This document shows positions 25,737 to 37,489 of a DNA stretch of 64,000 nt, one piece after another. Location: contig NC_092376.1 in the NCBI RefSeq assembly GCF_030028105.1, forward strand, positions 26,892,009-26,956,008, read 5' to 3'. The notes under the pieces were generated by a model that worked only from the letters and a program-made list of their open reading frames with translations, had not been told where the DNA came from and did no database searches. Each line of letters starts with the position of its first letter. The first letter of the stretch is position 1. The position numbers and the translations under genes are program-made. This DNA is from Mobula birostris. Lineage: Eukaryota.

Positions 25737-26724
25737 ATATATGTCCTTTGATAATAAACTGAATAGAACTTTAAATTCAGTCAATATTCCTAAGTAAACT
25801 AACTTTTTTTTAAAATCACGGCCCTGTGTATAGGAATTTGCAGTGTGCATTACAACGGCGACTCCACTTTGATGACTGCAAAGTACTGCAGGCATTCTGA
25901 AATGAATGAAAAATTATAAATAATTGTAAGGCTTTCTCTCTTATTTTTGTCTACATGAGTGTCTTCACCCAAGATGAATTAGGTTGTATGCCTTTGCATA
26001 AGGATAATAAAAACAAGAGTAATAGCTTCAGCATTCATAATGTTCTTGAATAAAAATGCAGCTGGATGTCAGACCAGAGGTGTGATTGATAAAAGATAGG
26101 GTAGAGATTCATAGTGTAAACACAACAATAGAATAGATTACATTAATGTACAAATGGAATCTGAAGTCACAGGAGACTGCAGATACTGGGATCTGGAGCA
26201 AATGACAAAATGCTGGATTAATTCAGATAGAATCTGCAGAGGGAAATGAACAGTCAAAGCTTTAGGTCAAGACCCTTCATCTGAACTTGCTACAAGTGGA
26301 GTGTGATGTATTTCAAACTTGGTAACGCCAACAGGTGACACGTAGAAGGGAGCCAAAGACAGAAAGGTCTTTCAACAAAGTTAAAAATAAGGGATTTTTA
26401 TATTGACCTGACTGGGAAAGAGCTTTGGGATGGCACCTTCAGTGAGGCAGATCCTCCTCCACATCAAAATGTCAGCTTGGTTGAGTACTTCTGAGAGTTA
26501 AACCAGAGTCTTTTACAGATTTTAGAGTGCTCAAGCTTACTTTGATTGAAAAATACAACAAAAGCATCTTGAACTCCATTTTAAATTCATACAAAAGTTT
26601 ACACAATTCCGTATATGCACAGAAGACCGTAGGAGATAGGAGCAGAGTTAGGCCATTCAGGTCTGCTCCGCTATTCCATTATCCCTCTTAACCCCATTCT
26701 TCTGCCTTCTCTCCATAAGATAAT

Positions 26725-27009
26725 TCAATCAATATCTATTATCTCCATCCCATCATTTTCATTAACATAGGAGACAGATTGCACAACCTTCTCTTCAGAT
26801 GCCGCTGGATAGAGTTCGGTGTTAGGTTTGATGATACACAGTTCTGCTGTGGGACTGGTGCTAGACAGCCTTCTGACACTTGTTGTTAAAAGGGTTTCTT
26901 CAACACTGCTTTGCAAATCCCCTATACTTTCTACATCCTCTGCCTTTGTATCATCTTTGTTCAGGCCTGAAGCAACAGGACTGGAAGATTTCCCAGAGCA
27001 TAGCCCCAT
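26725..27009 (-). CDS. C2orf15: C2orf15-like small protein (94 aa, single coding exon)
   Basis: MGLCSGKSSSPVAS...KVVQSVSYVNENDGMEIIDID resembles remembered human C2orf15 (MGFSLSKSATQVSA...KALGSVVYVKESDGLEMTDVE); similar length; LIPT1 neighbourhood; acceptor tttctgttttatctgaaaatag|27108; in-frame stop upstream of ATG. Confidence 0.75.
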   Translation of the reverse strand: MGLCSGKSSSPVASGLNKDDTKAEDVESIGDLQSSVEETLLTTSVRRLSSTSPTAELCIIKPNTELYPAASEEKVVQSVSYVNENDGMEIIDID

Positions 27010-27317
27010 TGGGTAGTCACAAAGAATCACAGCTCGTTGGCTCTTGTGTTAGGGTAAGATTTGTTCAGAAGTGTTCTGCTGCTTTTCAACTGGAATCCCA
27101 TAAGTAATCTATTTTCAGATAAAACAGAAATTAGAGTGATTAATATGCAAGGAGACTGCAGCTAAATTGTTTGATAAATTTAAGAGGTTGTGGCTGAGTT
27201 ACAGAGGAGGCAGACATAATTATTAAAAAATAAACTTTAGTTTTATTAGCTTATTATTTAGCTTGCATGTGAAACAACACTTTCTTTTCTGAGGAAACGA
27301 GAAAGTTTTAACTACGT

Positions 27318-27710
27318 GAACACAAGATATTCTGCAAATGCTGGAAAATCCAGAGTGACACACATAAAATACTGGAGGAACTCAGCAGATCCGGGACCAT
27401 CCATGGAAAGGAATAAAGAGTCGACATTTCAGGCCGAGGTCCAAAGCTCAGACCTGACGAAGGGTCTCAGCCGGAAACATCAACTGTACTTCTTCCTATA
27501 GATGCTGCCTGGCCTGCTGCGTTCCACCAGCATTTTGTGTGTGTTGCTTGAATTTCCAGCATCTGCAGATTTTCTCATGTTTGGGTTTCTGAAGATGCTG
27601 GAAATCCAGAGAAACACACCATTCCTCCAATATTTTGTATGTATACTGTTTATTCCTTTCCATAGATGCTGCCTGACCTGCAGACTTCCTCCAGCATTTT
27701 GTGTGTGTTA
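27318..27710. mobile_element. Penelope-like (PLE) pseudo-LTR fold-back units
   Basis: Inverted copies of CACAAAATGCTGGAGGAACTCAGCAGG...CAGCATCTATGGA with a central CTGACGA...GAAA core. Confidence 0.65.
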
Positions 27711-28560
27711 GATGACATTCTTATAGTCTTTTTAGCACAGTTAAATCACTTAGTGTTTTACCACAGTAATTATCATTTTCTCTTTCACCTTTGGTGAACT
27801 ACAACCCTCTTCTCCAAACAACCTACAGCTGATTCTAATGTCTGGTTCTTGGTGTACAAATGCATACCTCACTGGAGACCAAATGGAGGTAGAAGACAGA
27901 GGTTGTCAAGGAGAGGATCTGGGAGCAGTTATATGGAGACCACAGACCCAAGAACTGAGGCAGGCCAGGTAAAACACAGAAGTACAGAAGAGAAGAGCAG
28001 TGATCAGGGTAGTCATAGTGTTACTAAGCTGTGGGGTATTGCCAGTTGGTTCAAGAAACAACTGGTTGAAAGGAAGTGTTGAATGCTGGAGCAGGCCCCA
28101 AGGGCATTTTGTCCTCTACCATTCAACACTTCCTTTCAACCATTTGGTTCTTGAACCAACTGGCAATACGTCAGAGCTTAGTAACATTATGCCCGCCATG
28201 ATCACTTTGCACTAAAATGGACCTTGTTTTTTTTTTTGTTCTAATTGTATTTTACTTCTTGCAAAAATTATATTTAATCTATGTTCTTTCCTGTGACTGG
28301 TGCTTATATGGTGCTACGTGCCTGCGATGCTGCTTTAAGTTTTTCATTGCACCTGGGCATAACACAAATTTGACTTTGCCATTAAGTAATACACCTAACT
28401 GCTTATCATAGAGCACAGCACAGAAATGGAGCCTGCAACACAACTCACCAGTACTGGTCACGATGCCTCACACGAATTGCTGGAGGAATTCAGCAGGCCA
28501 GGCAGCATCAGTGGAAAAGAGTAAAAAGACAACGTTTTGGATCGAGACCACCTCATCATC

Positions 28561-28598
28561 CGGTCCTGATGAAGGGTCTCGGCCTGAAACGTCGACTG
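28561..28598 (+). ncRNA. Minimal type I hammerhead ribozyme (Penelope pLTR)
   Basis: CGGTC (stem I) CTGATGA AGGGTCTCGGCCT (stem II) GAA ACGT (palindromic stem III) C GACTG (stem I'); GUC cleavage triplet. Confidence 0.75.
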
Positions 28599-28929
28599 CT
28601 TACTTTTCTCTATAGATGCTGCCTGGCCTGCAGAGCTCTTCCAGCATTTTGTATGTGTTACTTGAATTTCCAACAGCTACAGATTTTCTTATGTTTGTGA
28701 TCATGATGCTTTCTTGAATATACCGAATGACTTCATTTCTACTGCCTTCTGTGGTAGTGAATTCCACAGGTTTACCCTCTATGTGGAGAATTTTCACCTA
28801 AACTCAATTCCTAAATCTGTGGCCTCTGGTCCTGCACTCTCAGGCCATACAGAACATCCTCGCCATCTAGACCCATTGAAATGTGATAGGTTTCTGTAAG
28901 TTCCCTTCCATTGCTTCTCCTAAAGGGTT

Positions 28930-29477
28930 GGTGGCCACGTTATTAGGTACCTCCTTTATCAAAGAAAGTTGCCACTGAGTGTACGTCTGTGGTCTTCCAC
29001 TGCCATAGAATCTATTTCAAGGTTCAACATGTTGTGCTCTTCTGCACTCCACTGTTGTATCGCATGGTTCTTTTAGTTTCTGTCACCTTGTCAGCTTGAA
29101 CCAATCGAACCATTCTCCTCTGACCTTTACCATTAACAAGGCATTTTCACCACAAAACCGCTACTCGCTGAATGTTTTTTGTTTTTCACACCATTCTCTG
29201 TAAACTCCAGAGACTGTTGTGGATGAAAATTCCAGGAGATCAGCAGTTTCTGAAATACTCAAACCACCACATCTGGCACCAAGAATTATTCTACAGTCAA
29301 AGTCACTTAGGTCACATTTCTTCCTCATTCTGATGTTTGGTCTGAACAACAACTGAACCTCTTAATCATGTCTGCATGTTTTGATGCATTGAGTTGCTAC
29401 CACATGACTGGCCAATTAGATATTTGCACAAAGGAGCACATGTACAGGTATACCTTAAAAAGTGGCCACTAAGTGTA
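28930..29477 (-). mobile_element. Non-autonomous Tc1-family DNA transposon
   Basis: TIR remnants GTGGCCAC(T)TTATTAGGTAC and AGTGGCCACTAAGTG-TA; HTH remnant KKCDLSDFD...LSISETADLLEFSSTTVSGVYREW. Confidence 0.75.
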
Positions 29478-30435
29478 TTTCCAGTGAAAATAGACCTAAC
29501 CAAGACAATCTGTCATTAAATGTCCATCCAAAGATGGTATCATTTTGCAATGAGGAGAAATTGGGGTAACTTGCCCAGTATTCATCAGGCTTCAGAAGAA
29601 TGAGAGACAACCTTATTGATTGGTGGAAAATTCTGAGAGGGCTTGTTAGACTGGATGCAGGATGGATTTTCTCCTGGTACAGAGGTTAGAATCAGTTATC
29701 ACAATTTCAGGATAGAGGACTAGAAATTCAGAATTGACATCAGGTGAAATTTCCTCACTCAGAAGATGGTCAACTCAGTGAAATTCTCCACCACAGATGC
29801 CTGTGGAGGCCAAGTCACTGAATATATTTAAGAAAATCGATTTGTGGACACAAGACATGAATAGTATGGGGAAAGAATGGTGATCATGAAAATCAGAATC
29901 AGGTTAATCTAATGTATGTCGTGAATTTTTTGTGGCAGGTCGAAGTTAAGATGGAGCTAAACAGCAACCGCATTGCTTGCATCTTTGGGAACTGCTTTAT
30001 TTCTATTTTTGATATCTCTTTTTTTTCCTTTCCAGGGTGTGGGGGGTCCTCTTTTGAAGACTGTTCTTTGTGGGAATGGGACCCACTCTCAGGGCCTCAT
30101 GACCGGCCACTTTCCGATATCCCAAAGACGTGGGCTGGAAAACAAATACGCATTCAGGCTTCTGGGATTTCGAGGCTCTGGGAATGTGTTGATTCTAGGC
30201 CAGTGCCCCTGACTGAAGTGTCACAGGAGAACACGGAACATCGGGAGCAGCGGGTTAGCTGCTGGGGGCTGTGTGTCCGGAGAGTTGCGCCTTTTTGGTG
30301 CCGACTCTCTGGGTGCAGAGCTCAGAAAAAGCGACACAACAGACTTGTAACATTGTAAATCAGCGAGTTGTTTGTTATGTCTCCACTCTCTCTGTGAAAT
30401 GGGGACACCTCTTTTTCCCTTAATAGTGGGTGGGG

Positions 30436-30437
<2 letters not shown>

Positions 30438-30492
<55 letters not shown>
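30438..30492. repeat. (GA)n(GACA)n microsatellite
   Basis: Directly visible. Confidence 0.95.
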
Positions 30493-31570
30493 TGTGGTAT
30501 GTAGAATTACCGGGTGACCACACAGTTTTTGGGTACTGCAAGTCTGTATATTTATTAATGCTTTGCTTGATGCTTGAATGCTCGGTGAAGGGTGCTAATG
30601 CTTTTTTTCTGGTGGGGGTGGTATGGGGGTTGTTGTCTTACCGCTGCTTGTGCCTGGGAAGGGGGTGCTGGGGGGTATTTTGGGGTTCTAACATTCAACT
30701 GTCATTCATTCTTTGGGACACTCCTCTGTTTTTGTGGATTTGATGAAAAAAATTCAATATGTATATTGTTTATATTTCTCTGACATTAAGTGCACCTATT
30801 GACACCTATTAAAGATTGAATATTAGTCATGAAGCATATTCAATGGTAAAACAAGCTGAAAGGGCCAATTGACCTACTTTAGCCCCTATTTTTCTACATT
30901 TCTTAATGGGGTGTTATTCATGTCAACAATGGGCCTCAATAATGAGGATTCATTTGTACAATAGGCAGTGCACTAGCCCATCCAGGGGACAACATTAAAG
31001 AGAAGTTTCAGATGATCGCAACCACATAGAGAAAACTATTTGAAAATCACAAGACAATTAAGCTGAATAAATTCAGAGTAAATTCATTACCAAAGTCTGT
31101 TTATGCTACCATATGTTACCCTGAAATTCATTTTCTTGTGGATATTCATAGTAGATATAAAGAAACACAATAGAATCAATGAAAAGCTACACTCAAACAA
31201 AGATGGATAAGCAACCAATGCACAAAAGAAGACAAACTGTGCAAATACTGAAAAACAAATACTAATAATGAACAAATAAATAAATAATAAATAATAATGA
31301 AAACATGAGTTGCAGAGTCCTTGAAAGTGAGTCCATTGGTTATGGAAATTATATTCAACTCATTCACTAGCGTGTTTTGTGCATGTCGCATAGAATGGTT
31401 AAAGGAGAATCAGTGGATGTTGTGTATCTGGATTTTCAGAAGGCGTGCTGCTATGTTTAGCTGAGCCATCAATCTGCCATTCCACTGCTGGCTCATGGAG
31501 AGTACAAGTGACCTGCATGACTGAATAAGCAATTGTGACTTTCCTTTTGTCTCTATGCATGGCTCATTGA

Positions 31571-31945
31571 TTATGTTACTAATGGTCCCCTAGGACAGCT
31601 GGAGAATTCATGGTCACTGCCCAATGTTGGGGGCAGACTATGGTTTCTTTGTATTATCTGGTATAACTCATCACTGACTTTCTTTATGAAGTGCAGTCTC
31701 TGCAAGCACAGGTCAATTAGAGGTTGAAATATTTTGTTCAGTCTGTTCTGGCTGTACATCGAACAACTCCTGTAATGCCTCGCCTTCTTTTGCTTTCTCT
31801 AAAACCAAGGGAACATATACAGTACTTCTCTTGGAAGATGATGTGCCTTCTTTTTGACTGGGTGAAGCTGAGAGAACAGGAAGGACCACCTCTGAAAGTA
31901 CAAAAGTGAAGCAGTTTTCAACAGTGCAGAAAGTATTAATGTCAC
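31571..31945 (-). pseudogene. Orphan exon-like segment with two overlapping long frames
   Basis: Acceptor gtttaattttcag|31945; phase-0 frame runs to 31571 with a single internal TAG; phase-1 frame gives 76 open codons to TGA at 31715-31713. Confidence 0.3.
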
Positions 31946-33119
31946 CTGAAAATTAAACTTTACGTGAATCACTGTTGAAGTATACACAAAATGTATTAGA
32001 TCAGTTTCCCTTCACCTCACCAGTAGCATCTATTTAGTGAGGTATGAATGTGGAATAGAAATGGTATTGATGAAAAATTGGAATATTACTATTTAAATGT
32101 GCCAGCCAATTTCCGCGTAAGTACTGCAGGCTTTATTGGAACTGGCAATAAAAATGAGTGAAAGCAATAATGGGCAGGACCCAAACATTGTAGGAGCCAT
32201 CTACCGGAAAGCTAACCATATGTGAGGTACAGTAAGTAAGAGATGATTTGGTCCTTGATGTTGCCTTGCTGGACGGCAGACAGCAATGTACCTTTGACAG
32301 CGTTGGCTATATTTTGCCTTTACAGGAGAAGGCCTTCAATTTTCCTCCCTGCTTGAAGTATCTTCTAAGAACCTGCTGAATGCTTGTTGCTTTCTGTATT
32401 TTATGAGTCTCAGGGCAAGTGCATGATTTGGGAATATGAGGATAATACAAGATTTTAAAAGCAGGTTAACTATTTCCTGAGTGTGTTGGCCCTGTGTGGT
32501 GTATGGGGTGTCCAGGGAGGGTTAGCACCTCTGGTGAAGGGGCTTGTTATGTTCATTTTGGGGCTGCTCAATCACCTTTGGTCCCCAACGGACACTTAGC
32601 TCTCACAAGTAGCTGTTTGTATGTGACAATGGCCACACCCCAGTACACCGCTCCGACAGGCAGGCTAAAACCAGGTGAGGGTAGCTGGCAGCTTTGTGCC
32701 TGTTCTAGGATGTGAAGTCAGCTCTGGCAGACCAGGTAGACGAGATCTACAGTGAGATCCAATGGCCAGGAAGGCACTTTTGCAATGGTCTGTGGAGAGC
32801 GAAGGGCATAATAAGGCACAGTAAATGTCATGGTCACCCACTGCAACCAAGGAAGACCACAGTCTGTGAAGCTTGTTCGTACCACTGGACTCAGACTTCT
32901 GAGGTTGAGAGAGTAGGGCTGCCCCAGTGGCTTTTCCACTTTGAAAACTCTCCCACACAGGTTTCCTGGCATTGTCAGACACAATGGACAACCACCATTG
33001 TCCTTTTACATTTAAGTGCCAATAAGATCCCTTGTGAGACAGCAGAATTAGAATACATAAACTGGCATGCCAATGTGTTTGCAATAGATCATCAAAATTC
33101 TCCCTCGCATTCTATTAGA

Positions 33120-34010
33120 GTAATAGAGTCATCAAACACTACAGCACAGAAACAGACCCTTCAGCCCGTCTAGTTTGTGCTGAGCTAATAACCCCCCTAG
33201 TCTCATTGACCTGCACCCAGACCATAGCTCCACACCCCTCCCCTTCCATGGATCTATCCAAATTTCTCTTAACTGTTGAAATCAAATACATGTCCACCAA
33301 TTCCACTGGCAGCTTCTTCCACACTCTCAACACAGCCTGAGAGAAGAAGATCCGCGCCCCCCCCCCCCATGTTCCACTTCAATATTTTACCTTTCATCCT
33401 TAAGCCATGACCTCTAGTTCTAGTCTCACGCAACCTCGGTGAAAAAGCCTGCTTACATTTACGCTATCTTTACCTGACATAATTTTGTACACCTCTACCA
33501 AATCTTCCATCATTCTCTCACACTCTAGGAAATAAAGTCCTAACGTAGTCAACCTTTCCCTATATTCAGGTTCTCAAGTCCTGGCAACATCCTTAAAAAT
33601 TTTATCTGCACTCTTTCAATCTTATTGAAATCTTTCCTGTAGATAGGTGATCAGAGCTGCACACAATACTCCAAATTAGGCCTCACCAACACATTATACA
33701 ATTTCAACACAACATCCCAACTCCTGTACCCAGTACTTGGATTTATGAAAGCTTATGTGCCAAAATCTCGCTTTACAACCCTATCTAGCTGCGATGCCAC
33801 TTTCAAGAAATTACGGATCTGTATTCCCAGATCCCTCACTTCTACTGCACTCCTCAGAGTCCTAGCCCCTCACTGTGTAAGTCCTACCCTGGTTTGTCCT
33901 CCCAAAGAGCAACACCTCATTACATTCCATCTGTCTGCATTAAATTCCATCTGTCATCTTTCAGCCCATTTTTCCATGGTCCAGATCCCGCTGCAAGCTA
34001 TGACAGCCTT
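33120..34010 (-). mobile_element. CR1 3' fragment
   Basis: Reverse complement of CR1 C-terminus (EYCVQ-like, VWKKLP) and tail. Confidence 0.7.
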
Positions 34011-34774
34011 AAGCTAAACCTTGGGCTTGAAGCTCATATGAAATAGTATTAAATCACTTTGTTGCTTCAATCTAGGCTACTCTAGTAATACCAGTCACTT
34101 GCTAGTAATGCCAGTGACTGGATGGTGATCTCCACTGTACCTCTCTTCTGTAAGTCTTAGAGAACAAAAACCAGAGCAAGATTTTGAAGTGGTGCTATTA
34201 TTGCCAATCATTAAACTTAGATTAATTTTTCCTTGTGACCTATAACCCATTAACAACCATCAATACTGTATTCTCCTACACCTGACCCCTAAGAACTGCA
34301 AGAATACCCTATATTATCGGTAATATGACAATAATAAACCAATTTACCAATTTACATGCCAAACTTATTTAGCCTCCTGAGGAAGTAGAGGCACTAGTAT
34401 GCTTTCTTGGCCTTGGCATCCTTATGGTTAGACCAGAGTGATTTTACTCCCAGAAGATTGAGACTCTCAACCTCAGCATTGTTGATGTAAACAGCATGTG
34501 AATTGCCACTCTTCCTGAAGTCAATAACCCTCTCTTTAGTTTTGCTTGTTGTCATGACAGCCTGCTACTGGGTTCCCTATCTCCTTCCAGTACTTCAACA
34601 CACCACTATTTGAGACTTGGCTCACTACCGCGTTGTCATCTGCAAACTCATAGGTGGCGTTAGGGCAGAATCTGCCCATGCAGTCGAGGATGTATAGACA
34701 ATAGACAATAGGTGCAGGAGTAGGCTAAGTAGAGGGCCGAGGACGTAGCATTGTAAGACACCAATTTTACAGAG

Positions 34775-35815
34775 CAGGGGCGGTGAACCACCTTGAAAGC
34801 ATGCGCCCAAATTGGCAATAATCTTCCAAACAATTTTGAGCAGAGATTATCATTGATTAATAAATTAGTAACAATAATAATGGACTTCTTTAAGAAAAAA
34901 GGATGAGTCCCTCATTTATGCGTATTCATTGTTTTACTATTAATAAAGGTATAACGGAGACAGACTGAAATAAATGAAGCATTATTGAAAACCTGTTTGA
35001 AAATTATTAATATTAATTTTTAAAAGGACGATTGAAAAATGACATCATTTCTAAATGGTATTGTTATTATAATCTATTACTGTCCAAATACTGCACAATG
35101 TGCAGTATTTATATTTCTTATTTACACACTTTATATTCTGTCTGGGTAGCCTCCAACCTGATGATATAAATATCAATTTCTTCTTTCGACGATTTTTTCC
35201 CTCCCTCTCCCCTTCTAATCCCCTCCATGGGTTCTTACTGCTTCTCACCTGCCTATCATCTCCCCCAGGTCACCTCTTCCTTTCCTTTTACCCGTGGTCC
35301 ACTCTCTTCTTCCTCTCCAGCCCTTTACCTTCCCCAACCACCTGGCTTCACTTATCACCATCCAGCTGTCCTCCATCCCCTCCCCCTACCTTTTTATTCT
35401 GCCATCTGTCCCCTTCCTTTCCAGTCCTGAAGAAGGATCTGGACCCGAAACATCGACCGTGTATTCATTTCCATAGATGTTGCCTGACCTGCTGAGTTCC
35501 TCCAGCATTTTGTATGTGTTGATGTGTACGTCAAGTCTTGAAGATTTTAAAATGTATATTCCAGCATCACGTGCTCTTGCAACCTGTCTCCCTGGCGTCA
35601 AGCCAGCATGAGATGTTTCCTTTCAAAACATCTCAGTGCTTTCTGGTTGTAAAAAAATCATTCGCCGCTTCATTTAGCAGTGAAGATAATCGCTATGAAT
35701 CATTTTTATTATAGGTGGGGTTTAAAGAATTGAAGGGCGGCACTACAAACTGTGTGGCAACGGAAGTTTTTGCATGTGCCATCTTGGGCATGTGTGCTAC
35801 AGGTTCACTATCCCG
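34775..35815. mobile_element. hAT-type non-autonomous element interrupted by a PLE fragment (about 35125-35520)
   Basis: Ends CAGGGGCGGTGAACC / GGTTCACTATCCCG; PLE insert encodes IFCLGSLQPDDININF (GIY-YIG C-terminus). Confidence 0.5.
35422..35459 (+). ncRNA. Degenerate PLE hammerhead ribozyme
   Basis: CAGTC CTGAAGA AGGATCTGGACCC GAA ACAT C GACCG; palindrome ACGT decayed to ACAT. Confidence 0.5.
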
Positions 35816-36361
35816 TTACACCACAGAACTAGGCCCATGTAGTTGAGGCCAATTGTGTCTGCCTGTACGATTTAAGATGGCGCTACCAAAGATGTGGTGG
35901 TTCGGAAAGCAAGAGATTCGACTATAAACATTACTTATAACATCTTTTCTGAAGCAAATTGTGGTGAGCTATTGCCGAAGACAGTGGGGAGGCAGGAGAG
36001 GTGAAACTGGTTCAGGGGATGACCTGTGCTAGGGCATTGTGCGGCCCAACATGTTTAAGCTGCCCAGTTCACAGATGGAATTGGTGGTATCACTCAATTT
36101 GGCGAGATCAAGAATGGCTTTGAGCTGGGCAGCCCAAGTTTATTGTGGCACCGGGGTCTGGGTCCTGGAGCTAGGCACTACCCGGTGCATGAACAATTTA
36201 AACCGGTCAAGTTAGACTGGAAACCCAAGTGTTGAGACCGGCAGCAAGCGTTAGGCTGATTTTGCTCACTCTCCCGCGAATATTCACTCTTTCTCTGCAG
36301 CACCGAGGCTGGAAATTGATCCAACTGCTGTTTGTTTTTGCTGCACTGGTGTGATGAACTG

Positions 36362-36910
36362 CAGATATCCCACCCTGCAAAAACTCATTTCAGGGAGGTA
36401 GCACCATCAATTTGCGGGAGACTCCCGGAACTTCCGGGAGAGGTGGGATGTCTGCAATAGAGTAGCTCCTTAGCAGCTAGCCAGCTAGTTTAAATAACAT
36501 TAGCTATGCTAATGAACGAATGACACCTGTTAAACTCATCTCAAAATGTCTTTTACAGTCTTAACTGACCATGGGCAATAAAAAAGTCACTGTTGCAAAC
36601 AGTGCAGCAAGCAACACTGTCATTATTTTGACACCTATTAGGCAGGGGTACACTTTAGTGTAGTCTGGGGCGAAGTACATTTTATATTTTCTTGTTTTGG
36701 ATCAATCTGCCATGGCGCTCTCTCTCGCTCTCGCGCTTTCTCACTCTCTCTCTCTCGTGCATGCTCTCTTGCTCTCTATCTCTCTCTTGCTCTCTCTTTC
36801 GCTCTCAAAAAAATTGATTTCTGGGATATTGTATATAATTTGCGGGCATCAGAGAGCCGCTATCAATATGCAGGAGACTCCTGGAACTTCCGGGAGAGGT
36901 GGGATGTCTG
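36362..36910. mobile_element. MITE with 13-bp TIRs, 6-bp TSD and a duplicated right end
   Basis: CAGATATCCCACC / GGTGGGATGTCTG; TSD GAACTG (36356-36361, 36911-36916); internal second right end at 36442-36454. Confidence 0.75.
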
Positions 36911-37489
36911 GAACTGGGACTGAGGCCTGGGCCTACTCTGGCTGCTCTGGGAGCAGATCTGGGGACTCAGTCTAATTCGAATGCTGTTGTCTTGCTTCTA
37001 TTGTTTGCATGATATGTGCGTGTTTGTGTGTGTGTGTGGGCTAGTTTTTTCTCTTTCTCTGCACTGTGGTTTTTGGCCTTTCTTTTTTTTTTAATTGAGT
37101 TATTCGGGATTCTTGCTTTGTGGCTGCCTATAAGCAGACAAATCTCAAGGTGTATAGTTTATGCATTCTTTGATAATCTATGTGCTTTGAATCTATTTTT
37201 ACTGATTGCAGTCTGCTGGTCAAGAATCCTGTTGCAAAGGTAGGTGTTGAGACCCAGACCTATGTCTAGTAATTTGGAGATGAGTTTGCTTAGCATTATG
37301 GAATTGAAAGCAGTAATTGTATTAAAAGCTATTGTACTTCAAATGATGTTATTGAAGGAAATAAGATGTGGTGAAATATCATAGTTAGAAGTCTGTCTTA
37401 TATTGTTTTAAACTAACTCCCCAGATTTCTGCAGGTGATTTGCTATTGAGCGGTTTAAAGAAGGAAGGCCTAATTCCTAATGGCTCACT

